Assembly (NCBI GenBank): GCA_052386995.1
Contig: JBQTJP010000030.1
Location: 1-28,390 of the forward strand
Origin: Armatimonadota bacterium
GTDB lineage: Bacteria; Sysuimicrobiota; Sysuimicrobiia; Sysuimicrobiales; Humicultoraceae
Reading direction: 5' to 3'
DNA length: 28,390 nucleotides
Below are positions 8,765 through 16,730 of this stretch, piece after piece. Below the pieces are notes generated by a model. It was not told the DNA's origin. It made no database searches and saw only the letters and a list, made by a program, of their open reading frames with translations. Within the stretch, counting starts at the first letter, position 1, and every line of letters begins with the position of its first letter. The position numbers and the translations under genes are program-made.

Positions 8765-11254
8765 TTATCTCCGATAGATGTCCAGTGCCACTCCGCCTTC
8801 TTCCCCATCCTGCACGGCGATCTTGACGTACAGGAACCGCCCATCGCTGTAGTAGCGATCGCCTGGGCTCGCGTCGAGCTCGGCCAGGCTTCGGGCCCGC
8901 GCAAGCGGGTGCTCGGCGTCGCCGTTCCGGTGAATCTCGAAACGCCGGCCGGCGTAGGGCAGCGCGAGCCGCACCCACTCGCCGGGGGCGCCGAACTCGG
9001 CGAACAGCCACAGGTGGGGCGGACCGGCTCCTTTCCACTGCACCCGGTACGTCCTGCCAAACATGATGCCGGTGTGGAAGAAGGTGGAAGGCTCGTTCTC
9101 CCCTTCGAAGCCCACCAGGTCGTGCGCCGCCCCACTGTCTTCGCGGCGGATGATGATCGGACCGAGCGGTGTCGGCTTTTCAAATTCCGCGTTGAATGAG
9201 AGCCGGCCGTAGGAGCCGCCCTGGCACACGTAGGCATTCCACGGCGCGCGCCGCGCGCAGCCGGGCGCGATCATGAACGGGTTGTTCACCACCACGTGCG
9301 CCCCCGGGACGCCTGTGACCGAGCCGTCTTTGTCGACGAAGAGCGCGGACTTGTCCCCGTCGGCCTTGGGATTGGGTTTGACCAGATACACCTGGTTGGC
9401 GTTGACGAAACGCACGGCTTCGGCGAAATTCCGGACGTTGATCCCGTATGGGTTGTCCACGGGGTATGCGAGGCCGCTGGCCGCGCGTTTGGCGTTGGGT
9501 GTGAAGTTCACGAAGGTCACACGCCGGGCGCCCACATGCTCCCAGAAGAACTCGAACCCGCGAATCGGGTATTCTGGCGCCCACGGCATGGGCAGGCTGC
9601 GTTTGTCGAGGCCCGCCGCCTCGCCCGATTCGACCGTCCCTTTGTTTGCGGTCTCGCCGATGACGATGGAGCTCTCGATGAACGTCTGCGATGAGGCAAA
9701 CGTGGCGCCGATGGCGTTGTCGGCCAGCCGGGCGCCCTTCACGACCAGGTGCTCGCCCTTCAACCAGATCCCGTGCGAGCGATTCTTGTACGCCGTGACG
9801 TCCGTGAACGCGGTGGTCACCGGAGGGGAATCCTCGTGGCCTTCCTCCGGTGGCATCGCGTTTTCGCGCGGAGTGAAGTTGAACTCGTCATCCGATCCAT
9901 CACCGTCGACAAAGAGGCCGGCATTGTCGTTCGAGTGGGCAACGTTGCCGTGGAACGCGCCCAGCGGCATGCGCCGCGGCCATATCTCACGGTCGGTGTC
10001 AGAATTCCTCGAGAGGCCCGTGGGATGCTTGGGCATCGCGAACCAGAACCCAAACGACTGCGATCCCGCAGCGACGTTCCCCCGAAAGACGTTGGTGGGG
10101 TGGCTGATCCAGAATGTGGCGGGCTGCATGTCGGACTTCAGCAGCGCGTCCTTTTCCTCCGCCGCGCGCGTCACCAGGCCGAGGTTGCCCTCCAGGACGT
10201 TGTGCGTCTCGACTCCATCCTCAAGGAAGTAACAGTGACCGACCGTGTCGTACGCGACGTTGCCCTGCGCGTGGACGCCGTGCGTCCCGTGGATGGTGAA
10301 ACAGCGGTTGAAGGAGTGGTGAATGCTGGCATACCGGACATACGACCCGGAGGCATCGCCCGCCATGTGGAAATGCACCGGATAACGGCCGAGGATTTTC
10401 TTCTGCCCCATGCGGTGGAACTCGGCCCATTGAATGCGCGCGACGCTGCCCTCCATGATCATCACGTGGCCGCCGGCGCCGCTCTCGGCCGAGCCGGTGT
10501 CGCCCTGCACGACAACGTTGCGCGTCAGGAGTCCGACTTCGGCCCGCTCGTCCACCGCCACACCCGCGAACGTCTGACTGGCGCCGTAGTGCATGAAGGC
10601 CAGCTGCCGGTCCAGCGTGACCACGTTCCCCCGGACGGCCTTGACGATGGCCTCTTCCGCCTGCAAGGGGTTGAAGTCGGTGGAGGCGACGACGATGACG
10701 TCGCCGTGCTTCCAGTCGACGGGCCGCTCCAGCACCAGCCGGCTGGCGCCCTTGGAGGCGGTCTGCGCGAGGCGCGTCCATGCCGGACCGCGCGCATCAC
10801 CGTGAAGATCGAGTGTGCCCCCCATGACCGCCAGCACCTTCGAGCCGATGGTCTTGGGAGCGTTGGCCGTGAGCCTTCCTGCGAGCGTGATGACCGCCCG
10901 GGAGCGGAACGGCCGGTCGGCGGTCCCGACCTGCAGGCGTCCATGCACCATGATCGTGTTCGCGACCAGTTCGAGGTTTTTGTCGTCGAAGACGAGAGCG
11001 CCTTCAATCGTGAGACTGCCCAGCGGCGGCGGGCTCGTATCCAGCACCACCGTGCTGCCCCGGGGGATGCGCACGTGCGCGCCCGGTTTGGGAACTGCCC
11101 CGCTCTCCCAGGTTGCCCGGTCCGACCAGCGCCGCCACTCGGTCGCGGGCCGGGCGTCATGCCCGCCCGGGGCGGCTGCGACCGTTCCACTGAAAATGGC
11201 GGCCGCAATGAGCGCAACCGCCACGACGTTTCGGGGAACCCGTCCCGATGGCAT
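8765..11254 (-). CDS. Secreted G8-domain / right-handed beta-helix protein (TMEM2/CEMIP/PKHD1-like)
   Basis: AGGAGG precedes ATG11254; signal peptide. G8 domain (WSDRATW...VP...G.LQVGT...PF), then RAEVGLLTRNVVVQG, GRYPVHFH, SIHHSFNRCFTIHGTH, GHCYFLEDGVE, FWISHPTN. Confidence 0.88.
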   Translation of the reverse strand: MPSGRVPRNVVAVALIAAAIFSGTVAAAPGGHDARPATEWRRWSDRATWESGAVPKPGAHVRIPRGSTVVLDTSPPPLGSLTIEGALVFDDKNLELVANTIMVHGRLQVGTADRPFRSRAVITLAGRLTANAPKTIGSKVLAVMGGTLDLHGDARGPAWTRLAQTASKGASRLVLERPVDWKHGDVIVVASTDFNPLQAEEAIVKAVRGNVVTLDRQLAFMHYGASQTFAGVAVDERAEVGLLTRNVVVQGDTGSAESGAGGHVMIMEGSVARIQWAEFHRMGQKKILGRYPVHFHMAGDASGSYVRYASIHHSFNRCFTIHGTHGVHAQGNVAYDTVGHCYFLEDGVETHNVLEGNLGLVTRAAEEKDALLKSDMQPATFWISHPTNVFRGNVAAGSQSFGFWFAMPKHPTGLSRNSDTDREIWPRRMPLGAFHGNVAHSNDNAGLFVDGDGSDDEFNFTPRENAMPPEEGHEDSPPVTTAFTDVTAYKNRSHGIWLKGEHLVVKGARLADNAIGATFASSQTFIESSIVIGETANKGTVESGEAAGLDKRSLPMPWAPEYPIRGFEFFWEHVGARRVTFVNFTPNAKRAASGLAYPVDNPYGINVRNFAEAVRFVNANQVYLVKPNPKADGDKSALFVDKDGSVTGVPGAHVVVNNPFMIAPGCARRAPWNAYVCQGGSYGRLSFNAEFEKPTPLGPIIIRREDSGAAHDLVGFEGENEPSTFFHTGIMFGRTYRVQWKGAGPPHLWLFAEFGAPGEWVRLALPYAGRRFEIHRNGDAEHPLARARSLAELDASPGDRYYSDGRFLYVKIAVQDGEEGGVALDIYRR

Positions 11255-11317
11255 TCCGGTCCTCCTGGGCGGTCCCAAGAACACCACAGGCTCCGTGCGG
11301 GATCCGGCCTCTAATTA

Positions 11318-11856
11318 CTACGCGGCGGACGGTGGAAAGGGTTCACTCTGGGCCTCCCGCGGCGGCGCCTCGATTCGCCTGAAGGCACGCACCAAAAGCC
11401 ACACGCCGGCCGCCGCCAGGGTAAGACCGACCAGATCAACGGTGCGACGACCACAAGAATCAGTACCGACCCCCATGTGTCTCCTCCCGCACCCGTGATC
11501 TGAGCAAAGAACTCGGCAATCTCAGGCGGGAGCGGAAGAACGCTCCGGACGAGGTTGTCCACCTCGGAGAGCAGTATCGCCGCGCCCATGATCGTCACCA
11601 TCAAGGGGAAGGGAACGGACGCGGGAATCGGCCCAAGCGGCAGAACCTCCGCGGCGGGCGCCCTGCTCTTCCTGACTCCCCACGCCAGCCCCAACCCGAT
11701 ACCAACGAGATTCACGACGGCAATGACCGCGGGGGCATTGGGAGGCACGCCGACCTGGACGGCAACAACGCTCGCGATTCCCGACACCACCAGAATCAGG
11801 AGGACAATGACGATCAGCAGCCAGATCGCCTGCAGGATGTTTGGGTACGCGGGCAC
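11318..11856 (-). pseudogene. CPBP/Abi (CAAX-protease-like) intramembrane metalloprotease gene with internal deletion and frameshift
   Basis: N-terminal TM helices run up to ...LILVVVAPL, where the EExxxR motif should follow but is absent. Another frame then reads DLVGLTLAAAGVWLLVRAFRR...PSAA* (stop at 11318-11320), which looks like the C-terminal TM helix. Confidence 0.6.
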
Positions 11857-11880
11857 GGTGCTCGAGTTGGTCCGAACCGG

Positions 11881-13620
11881 CTACTCCTGGTCGCGCGTAT
11901 CGTCCCTCTGCTGCTCGCTGTCGCGGATCGCGCGCCGCAGAGCCTTTCCGATGATGGTCTTGGGGATTTCGGTGACGATCTCGAACCGCCGCGGCACCTT
12001 GTACGCGGACAGACGCTGCGCGCAGAAGTCATGCAACTCGCGCTTCAGCGCCTTCCCGTCGCCGCCGTCCTTGGGCACCACGTGGGCCACCAGCATTTCG
12101 CCGCGCACTCGGTGTTTGATCCCGGCAACGGCGGCCTCCTTGACCTTGGGGTGCTCGTAGAGCACCTCTTCCACCTCGCGCGGAAAGACTTTGAACCCAC
12201 CGATGATGACCATGTCCTTCTTGCGATCCTCGATGACGAAATACCCCTCCGAGTCCATCCTGGCGATGTCCCCGGTGTAGAGCCAGCCGTTCCGGATCGT
12301 CTGGGCGGTCTCGGTCGGATTGTTCCAGTACCCCTTCATCACCTGCGGCCCGCGGACGACCATCTCGCCCACCTCGCCGGGCGGGAGATCCTTCGTGCCA
12401 GTCTCGGTATCCACGATCTTTGCGTCGGTTGACGAGACGGGGATCCCGATCGACCCGCTTTTGCGCGTGCCATAGATGGGATTGGCGTGGGTCAGCGGCG
12501 AGGCTTCGGACATACCAAAGCCCTCGGTGATCCGTCCGCCGGTGAGCTCCTCGAACCGCCGCATGACCTCGACCGGCAGTGGGGCCGACCCGGACACGCA
12601 CGCCCGGATCGACTTGAGATCGTACTTCTCGACATCGCGCAGCTGATTGATAGCGAGATACATGGCGGGGACGCCCGGAAAGACGGTGGGACGGTACTTC
12701 GGCACGGCCTCGACGACCGTCTTCACGTCAAAGAGTTTCATCAGAACCATGATGTTGGCGGCGGCGATGGCGACCGACAGATTCATGCAGACGGTCATCC
12801 CGAAGACGTGAAAGAACGGCACGACCGAGAGGATCCGCTCCTCGCCTTCTTTCAAGTCGGTGAGCCAGCTGCGCGCCTGGATGCAGTTGCAGACGAGGTT
12901 GCGGTGCGTCAGCGACGCCGCTTTAGGGATGCCGGTCGTTCCACCGGTGTACTGCAGCACCGCAGGACTCTCGGGGCTCACCGCGGGGCGAGCATCCAGC
13001 CTCGGGCCCCGGAGCACGGAGAGGTAGGGGACAATCCCGGGGTCGCGTGGCATGACGTCGCCTTCCTTCTTCGCGCGCAGCAGCCCGTAGAGCAGCCGCC
13101 ATTTCGTCGGGAAAAAGTCATGCAGGTTGGTAACGACCGCGGTCTTCACGTCGGTCTGCCCGCGAACCTCACGCAGCTCTTTGTAGAGACGCGACAGCGC
13201 GACGGCAAATGTTGCCCCGGAATCTTTCAGGTTGAACGCCAGGTCGCGTCCCTTGTAGAGCGGGTTGACCTGCACCAGCACGCCGCCGGCCTTCCAGATG
13301 CCGTAGGCAGCCACGACGAACTGAATGCTGTTGGGGAGCATGATCGCCACCCGGTCGCCCGGGTGCAATCCGTGACGCACCAGCGACTGCGCAAAGCGGT
13401 CCGACAGCTCGTCGAGCTGAGCGTAGGAGATGCGGCGATCGAACTTGGGACCAACGAGGATGAGGGCGTCGTTCGACGGATACTTTCTGGTGCTCTGCTC
13501 GAGGAATCCGTGGACGGGATGCGTGGGCAGCTCTAGCGTCCGTGGAACCCCCGGCTCGTAGAATTTGAACCAGGGTCGGTCGCCCTGCGCCTCCGGACTC
13601 GCCACGGCGGGCCTCCTCAT
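11881..13620 (-). CDS. fadD: Long-chain fatty acid--CoA ligase (FadD/LcfA-like)
   Basis: AMP-binding motif YTGGTTGIPKA, EGFGMSEASP, GWLYTGDIA, DRKKDM, LSAYKVP, IPKTIIGK. Confidence 0.9.
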   Translation of the reverse strand: MRRPAVASPEAQGDRPWFKFYEPGVPRTLELPTHPVHGFLEQSTRKYPSNDALILVGPKFDRRISYAQLDELSDRFAQSLVRHGLHPGDRVAIMLPNSIQFVVAAYGIWKAGGVLVQVNPLYKGRDLAFNLKDSGATFAVALSRLYKELREVRGQTDVKTAVVTNLHDFFPTKWRLLYGLLRAKKEGDVMPRDPGIVPYLSVLRGPRLDARPAVSPESPAVLQYTGGTTGIPKAASLTHRNLVCNCIQARSWLTDLKEGEERILSVVPFFHVFGMTVCMNLSVAIAAANIMVLMKLFDVKTVVEAVPKYRPTVFPGVPAMYLAINQLRDVEKYDLKSIRACVSGSAPLPVEVMRRFEELTGGRITEGFGMSEASPLTHANPIYGTRKSGSIGIPVSSTDAKIVDTETGTKDLPPGEVGEMVVRGPQVMKGYWNNPTETAQTIRNGWLYTGDIARMDSEGYFVIEDRKKDMVIIGGFKVFPREVEEVLYEHPKVKEAAVAGIKHRVRGEMLVAHVVPKDGGDGKALKRELHDFCAQRLSAYKVPRRFEIVTEIPKTIIGKALRRAIRDSEQQRDDTRDQE

Positions 13621-13717
13621 ATGGGGATACGCTGATATGGGAAGTGCTGAGCAACACGCAGGTTCCGCGCCACCTGATCAAATCCTGCCCCCCGACCACG
13701 CAGCCCTGATGAGCGCG

Positions 13718-13726
13718 TGGTATGAT
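13718..13726 (+). promoter_or_regulatory. Extended -10 promoter of the SRP RNA
   Basis: TG-G-TATGAT located 6 nt before the 5' end of the SRP RNA. Confidence 0.65.
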
Positions 13727-13732
13727 GCCCAT

Positions 13733-14002
13733 GGCCGTGCTAGGTGGGGAGCTAGCGGTTCCCTGTACCCGCAATCCGCTACAGCGGGGCTGAATTCCCG
13801 TCTAGAGGCGCCATCTCGTGGGGCCAGGCCCGCGCGCGCAGCGAGGAGGGCCGGGTCCTGTGCAACGGGAACTGACCAACCCCGCCAGGCCCGGGAGGGA
13901 GCAACGGTACGTCAGCCGCCCCGTGTGCCGCAGGGACACCTGGTCTGAGCCCGCGGCGCGGTTACCGCCCGGGGGGTGCGCGTCGAAGGCGGGTGCACGG
14001 CC
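13733..14002 (+). ncRNA. ffs: Large bacterial signal recognition particle RNA (Bacillus scRNA type, with Alu domain)
   Basis: Terminal helix GGCCGTGC/GCACGGCC; Alu-domain sequence GGGGAGCTAGCGGTTCCCTGTACCCGCAATCCGCTACAGCGGGGCTGAATTCC resembling B. subtilis scRNA; S-domain GGGTCCTG...CCGCCAGGCCC-GGGA-GGGAGCAACGG...GTGCCGCAGGG; about 270 nt. Confidence 0.95.
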
Positions 14003-14090
14003 AGAACCTTCCCCCACGACTGATCTGCCCACGCCGCGGGAATATCGTCTATAGACCCTGCATACGACTTCTTGACTTCGGAGCGATGCC

Positions 14091-14933
14091 GTGCCACAGC
14101 GCCTAACCCTTCCCGACGGATATCGAGTCAGTGAGGCCGAAGGCTCCCTCCGCCTGTTCAACCCACAAGGGGCATTGCTCGACGAGGTGCCGCAGGGTCT
14201 GACGGCGGCGTCCGAGATCCGATCTCGTGCCTGGCTGGATGCGTGGGAGCAGATCGAGCGCGAGCTCAAAGAGGAATTGCGCGGACTCCGCGAGGGAACG
14301 CGATCTCTTCACGAACTCCACCGGATGCGTCAGTACATGCGGATGATGGACGCGCTGGCACAACAGCCAGTCCAGGAGCGGGAGCGGACGGGTCGGCGTT
14401 GGGCCATCACGGGCATGGCGCTCGCGACCGCGGCGGCGGCGGTCGCGGTGATAATCCTGGCGACCGCGCCGATGGAGACCACGCAGAGGCCCGAGCAGAA
14501 CCCCGAGAGTATCCGCATCGCGGCTCCTGCGACCATCCCTGCCACACGGGAGCCCGCTGCTGCCGGCGTCACCAGGCCCAAGCGCAGGCCCCCGACACAC
14601 GTGGAAGGGAAGGGGCGCCTGGCCGGCCGGCCCGCGAGCGCGACGGCGCGACGCGCGCGCACGGTGGGCGCCGCGGGCGGCGCAGCGGGGCTGTCCGCGA
14701 TCACGGGGTACATGGTGGGCTTCGGTGAATTCGCCAACCGCGCGCCGGCGGAAATCCGCATGCGCCTGGTGAGGGCGAAGGGCTACATAGTCTACGTCGC
14801 GCAGGTCGGGAATTCGTTCCAGGTCGTGACCCGACCCTATCGGGCACGCGAGCACGCCGAACGCCTGGCAAATGCGCTGAATGAGATCGGCCTGCCCACC
14901 ACCATACAGGCGGCTACGACACCGCTGATCTGA
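14091..14933 (+). CDS. Bitopic membrane protein with C-terminal SPOR domain
   Basis: Cytoplasmic N-terminus, one TM segment (WAITGMALATAAAAVAVIILA), basic Pro/Ala linker, SPOR-like YMVGFGEFANRAPAE...FQVVTRPYRAREHAERLANAL. GGAG precedes the GTG start. Confidence 0.75.
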   Translation: MPQRLTLPDGYRVSEAEGSLRLFNPQGALLDEVPQGLTAASEIRSRAWLDAWEQIERELKEELRGLREGTRSLHELHRMRQYMRMMDALAQQPVQERERTGRRWAITGMALATAAAAVAVIILATAPMETTQRPEQNPESIRIAAPATIPATREPAAAGVTRPKRRPPTHVEGKGRLAGRPASATARRARTVGAAGGAAGLSAITGYMVGFGEFANRAPAEIRMRLVRAKGYIVYVAQVGNSFQVVTRPYRAREHAERLANALNEIGLPTTIQAATTPLI

Positions 14934-15867
14934 CGGCGCCCCTGGCCCGTAGATCGTGGGGGAGCAGCGCCGCGTAGACTGCCTCGCAGGCCGGCGTCGA
15001 AATCCCGACTTCACGCCCGTAGCGCACCGCCGTGCCGTGCAGCGCCTCGATTTCCAGCCGCTTGCCGTGGGTGAGGTCGTAATGCATGGACGAGGTGTAG
15101 TTGGGCTCGAGCCTCGCGGCCAGATCGAGGTGGTCTTCGACCACACGGCCGTCCAGATCGATCCCGCGCGCCCGCCCCACCGCCACCACTTCTTCGAGTA
15201 ACTTCCTGTACATCGCCCACGTCGGCGGCGACGCGCGAATCTCGCCGATCGGCAGACGTGTCAGGGCGGTCATGCCCGCCTGCGCGCAAATCAGTGCGAA
15301 CTTCACCCACTTCTCCCGGATGATGTCCTCCGACACGGTCGCGTTGATCCCGGCCTCGCGGAATGTCGCCTCGAGCCATCGTGCGCGCTCGCTTGCGCCT
15401 CCGCGCCACTCGCCGAAGTTCAGGGTGCGGGGGCCACCGCTCTGCTCAACGGTTCCGGGGGTCTGGATGGTCGCCAGCAGGTACACGTTGCCACCCAGGA
15501 TGCGCTCGGATCCGTACATCCGGGCAAGAATCTCCTCGTTCTCAACCCCATTCTGCACCGAGAGGATCGCGGTCTCCGACCCCACGGCCCGCCCGAGTGA
15601 CTCCGCTGCCTGTTGCGTATCGAACGATTTCACGCTGAAAAAGATGAGATCGGGCATGGGACCGTCGCTCGGATCGGAGGTGGCGTGCGCCGTGCCAAAG
15701 AGCTCGCCGTGCACCGTGCGAAGGTGCATGCCGCCCTGACGGCGCAGCGCCTCGAGGTGCGCGCCCCGCGCGACGAACGTGATCCTGTGCCCCGCCTGCG
15801 CCAGCAGGCCGCCGAAGTATCCGCCGAGACCGCCGGCCCCCATGACCGTGATGTTCAGTTCGCTCAC
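14914..15867 (-). CDS. panE: 2-dehydropantoate 2-reductase (ApbA/PanE family)
   Basis: GAGGLGGYFG Rossmann motif, VKSFD, SVQNG, WVKF, SSMHYDL...LEIEALHG. Probable start is GTG15867. Confidence 0.88.
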   Translation of the reverse strand: MSELNITVMGAGGLGGYFGGLLAQAGHRITFVARGAHLEALRRQGGMHLRTVHGELFGTAHATSDPSDGPMPDLIFFSVKSFDTQQAAESLGRAVGSETAILSVQNGVENEEILARMYGSERILGGNVYLLATIQTPGTVEQSGGPRTLNFGEWRGGASERARWLEATFREAGINATVSEDIIREKWVKFALICAQAGMTALTRLPIGEIRASPPTWAMYRKLLEEVVAVGRARGIDLDGRVVEDHLDLAARLEPNYTSSMHYDLTHGKRLEIEALHGTAVRYGREVGISTPACEAVYAALLPHDLRARGAVRSAVS

Positions 15868-15884
15868 ATTCGACGAGCTCGCCA

Positions 15885-16730
15885 CTAGTTCTGGCCCTGG
15901 CGCTGGCCACACGGGGAAAACTCTATCGTGATCGGCGCGTTGTGATCGGAGTAGTCCCAGACAGCATCAGCCTTCTTGGTCCAATCAGCGGGCGGCGCGG
16001 TTGTGCCGGGGAGCGCGTCAAGCATCTCCAACCGTCTGAGCATCCCTGTCTCAACGAGCACGTATACCCGGTGCCTCACGATTGAGGGGGCCTGGCCGCC
16101 GCTCTTCGTCTCGAGAGTATACCCCTGCGTCCGTGCCCCCTCGATCATGACCTCGCCAAGGCGTCCATACGTCTCCTCGGTAGGCGGCGGAGGTCCGGCC
16201 TGGGCCGCGAGCGCCGCGGGATCGTAGGGCCACTGCCCCTTCGGGCACAGCCACACGCCAAGAGAATCCTGCTGCCTTTCCTGCGCCGCGGAGCGGATCT
16301 GCGACAGAATGAGGTCCGCCACCGCGAAGATCCCGCCTCCCGTGAAGATGCTGATCAGCCCGTGCACAAGGCTGCTGATGCGCTCCTGCTGCTCGCGGCG
16401 GCGATCCTCTTCCCTCCTGCGACGGTCCTCCTCGGTCTCGTGCAGCAGCACGCGATACTCTTTGCCAATGACGACCGTCTCTTCCGTACGTCCCCTGGAG
16501 TCCCGAGAGAGGACTCGCATGCGGTCGGGCTTCACGTTCTCCTCAAAGATCACTTCGCTGGTGGTCGTGAACCTCAATCGGTACGACCGCACCTTTTCGA
16601 AGCGCTCCCACGCCGCGATCAGCTCCTCCGCGGCCTGGGGGTCGCCTTTGATCGTTACATTCGATTGTGCGCTGGCACCGGTCGCTACCAGCAGGAACAC
16701 GAGCAGCCCTGCGGCCCACCGAAGCCTCAT
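15885..16730 (-). CDS. Secreted hypothetical protein (possible LolA/LppX-like beta-sheet fold)
   Basis: Signal peptide ending ASA-Q; PDRMRV, ETVVIG and C-terminal YSDHNAPITI pattern. ATGA overlap with the Lon stop. Confidence 0.7.
   Translation of the reverse strand: MRLRWAAGLLVFLLVATGASAQSNVTIKGDPQAAEELIAAWERFEKVRSYRLRFTTTSEVIFEENVKPDRMRVLSRDSRGRTEETVVIGKEYRVLLHETEEDRRRREEDRRREQQERISSLVHGLISIFTGGGIFAVADLILSQIRSAAQERQQDSLGVWLCPKGQWPYDPAALAAQAGPPPPTEETYGRLGEVMIEGARTQGYTLETKSGGQAPSIVRHRVYVLVETGMLRRLEMLDALPGTTAPPADWTKKADAVWDYSDHNAPITIEFSPCGQRQGQN

Noticed and set aside
9749..11314. 521-aa plus-strand ORF
   Set aside because: Antisense shadow of the G8 protein gene.
13565..14097. Several short ORFs between fadD and the SPOR gene
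   Set aside because: The region is explained by the SRP RNA and its promoter.
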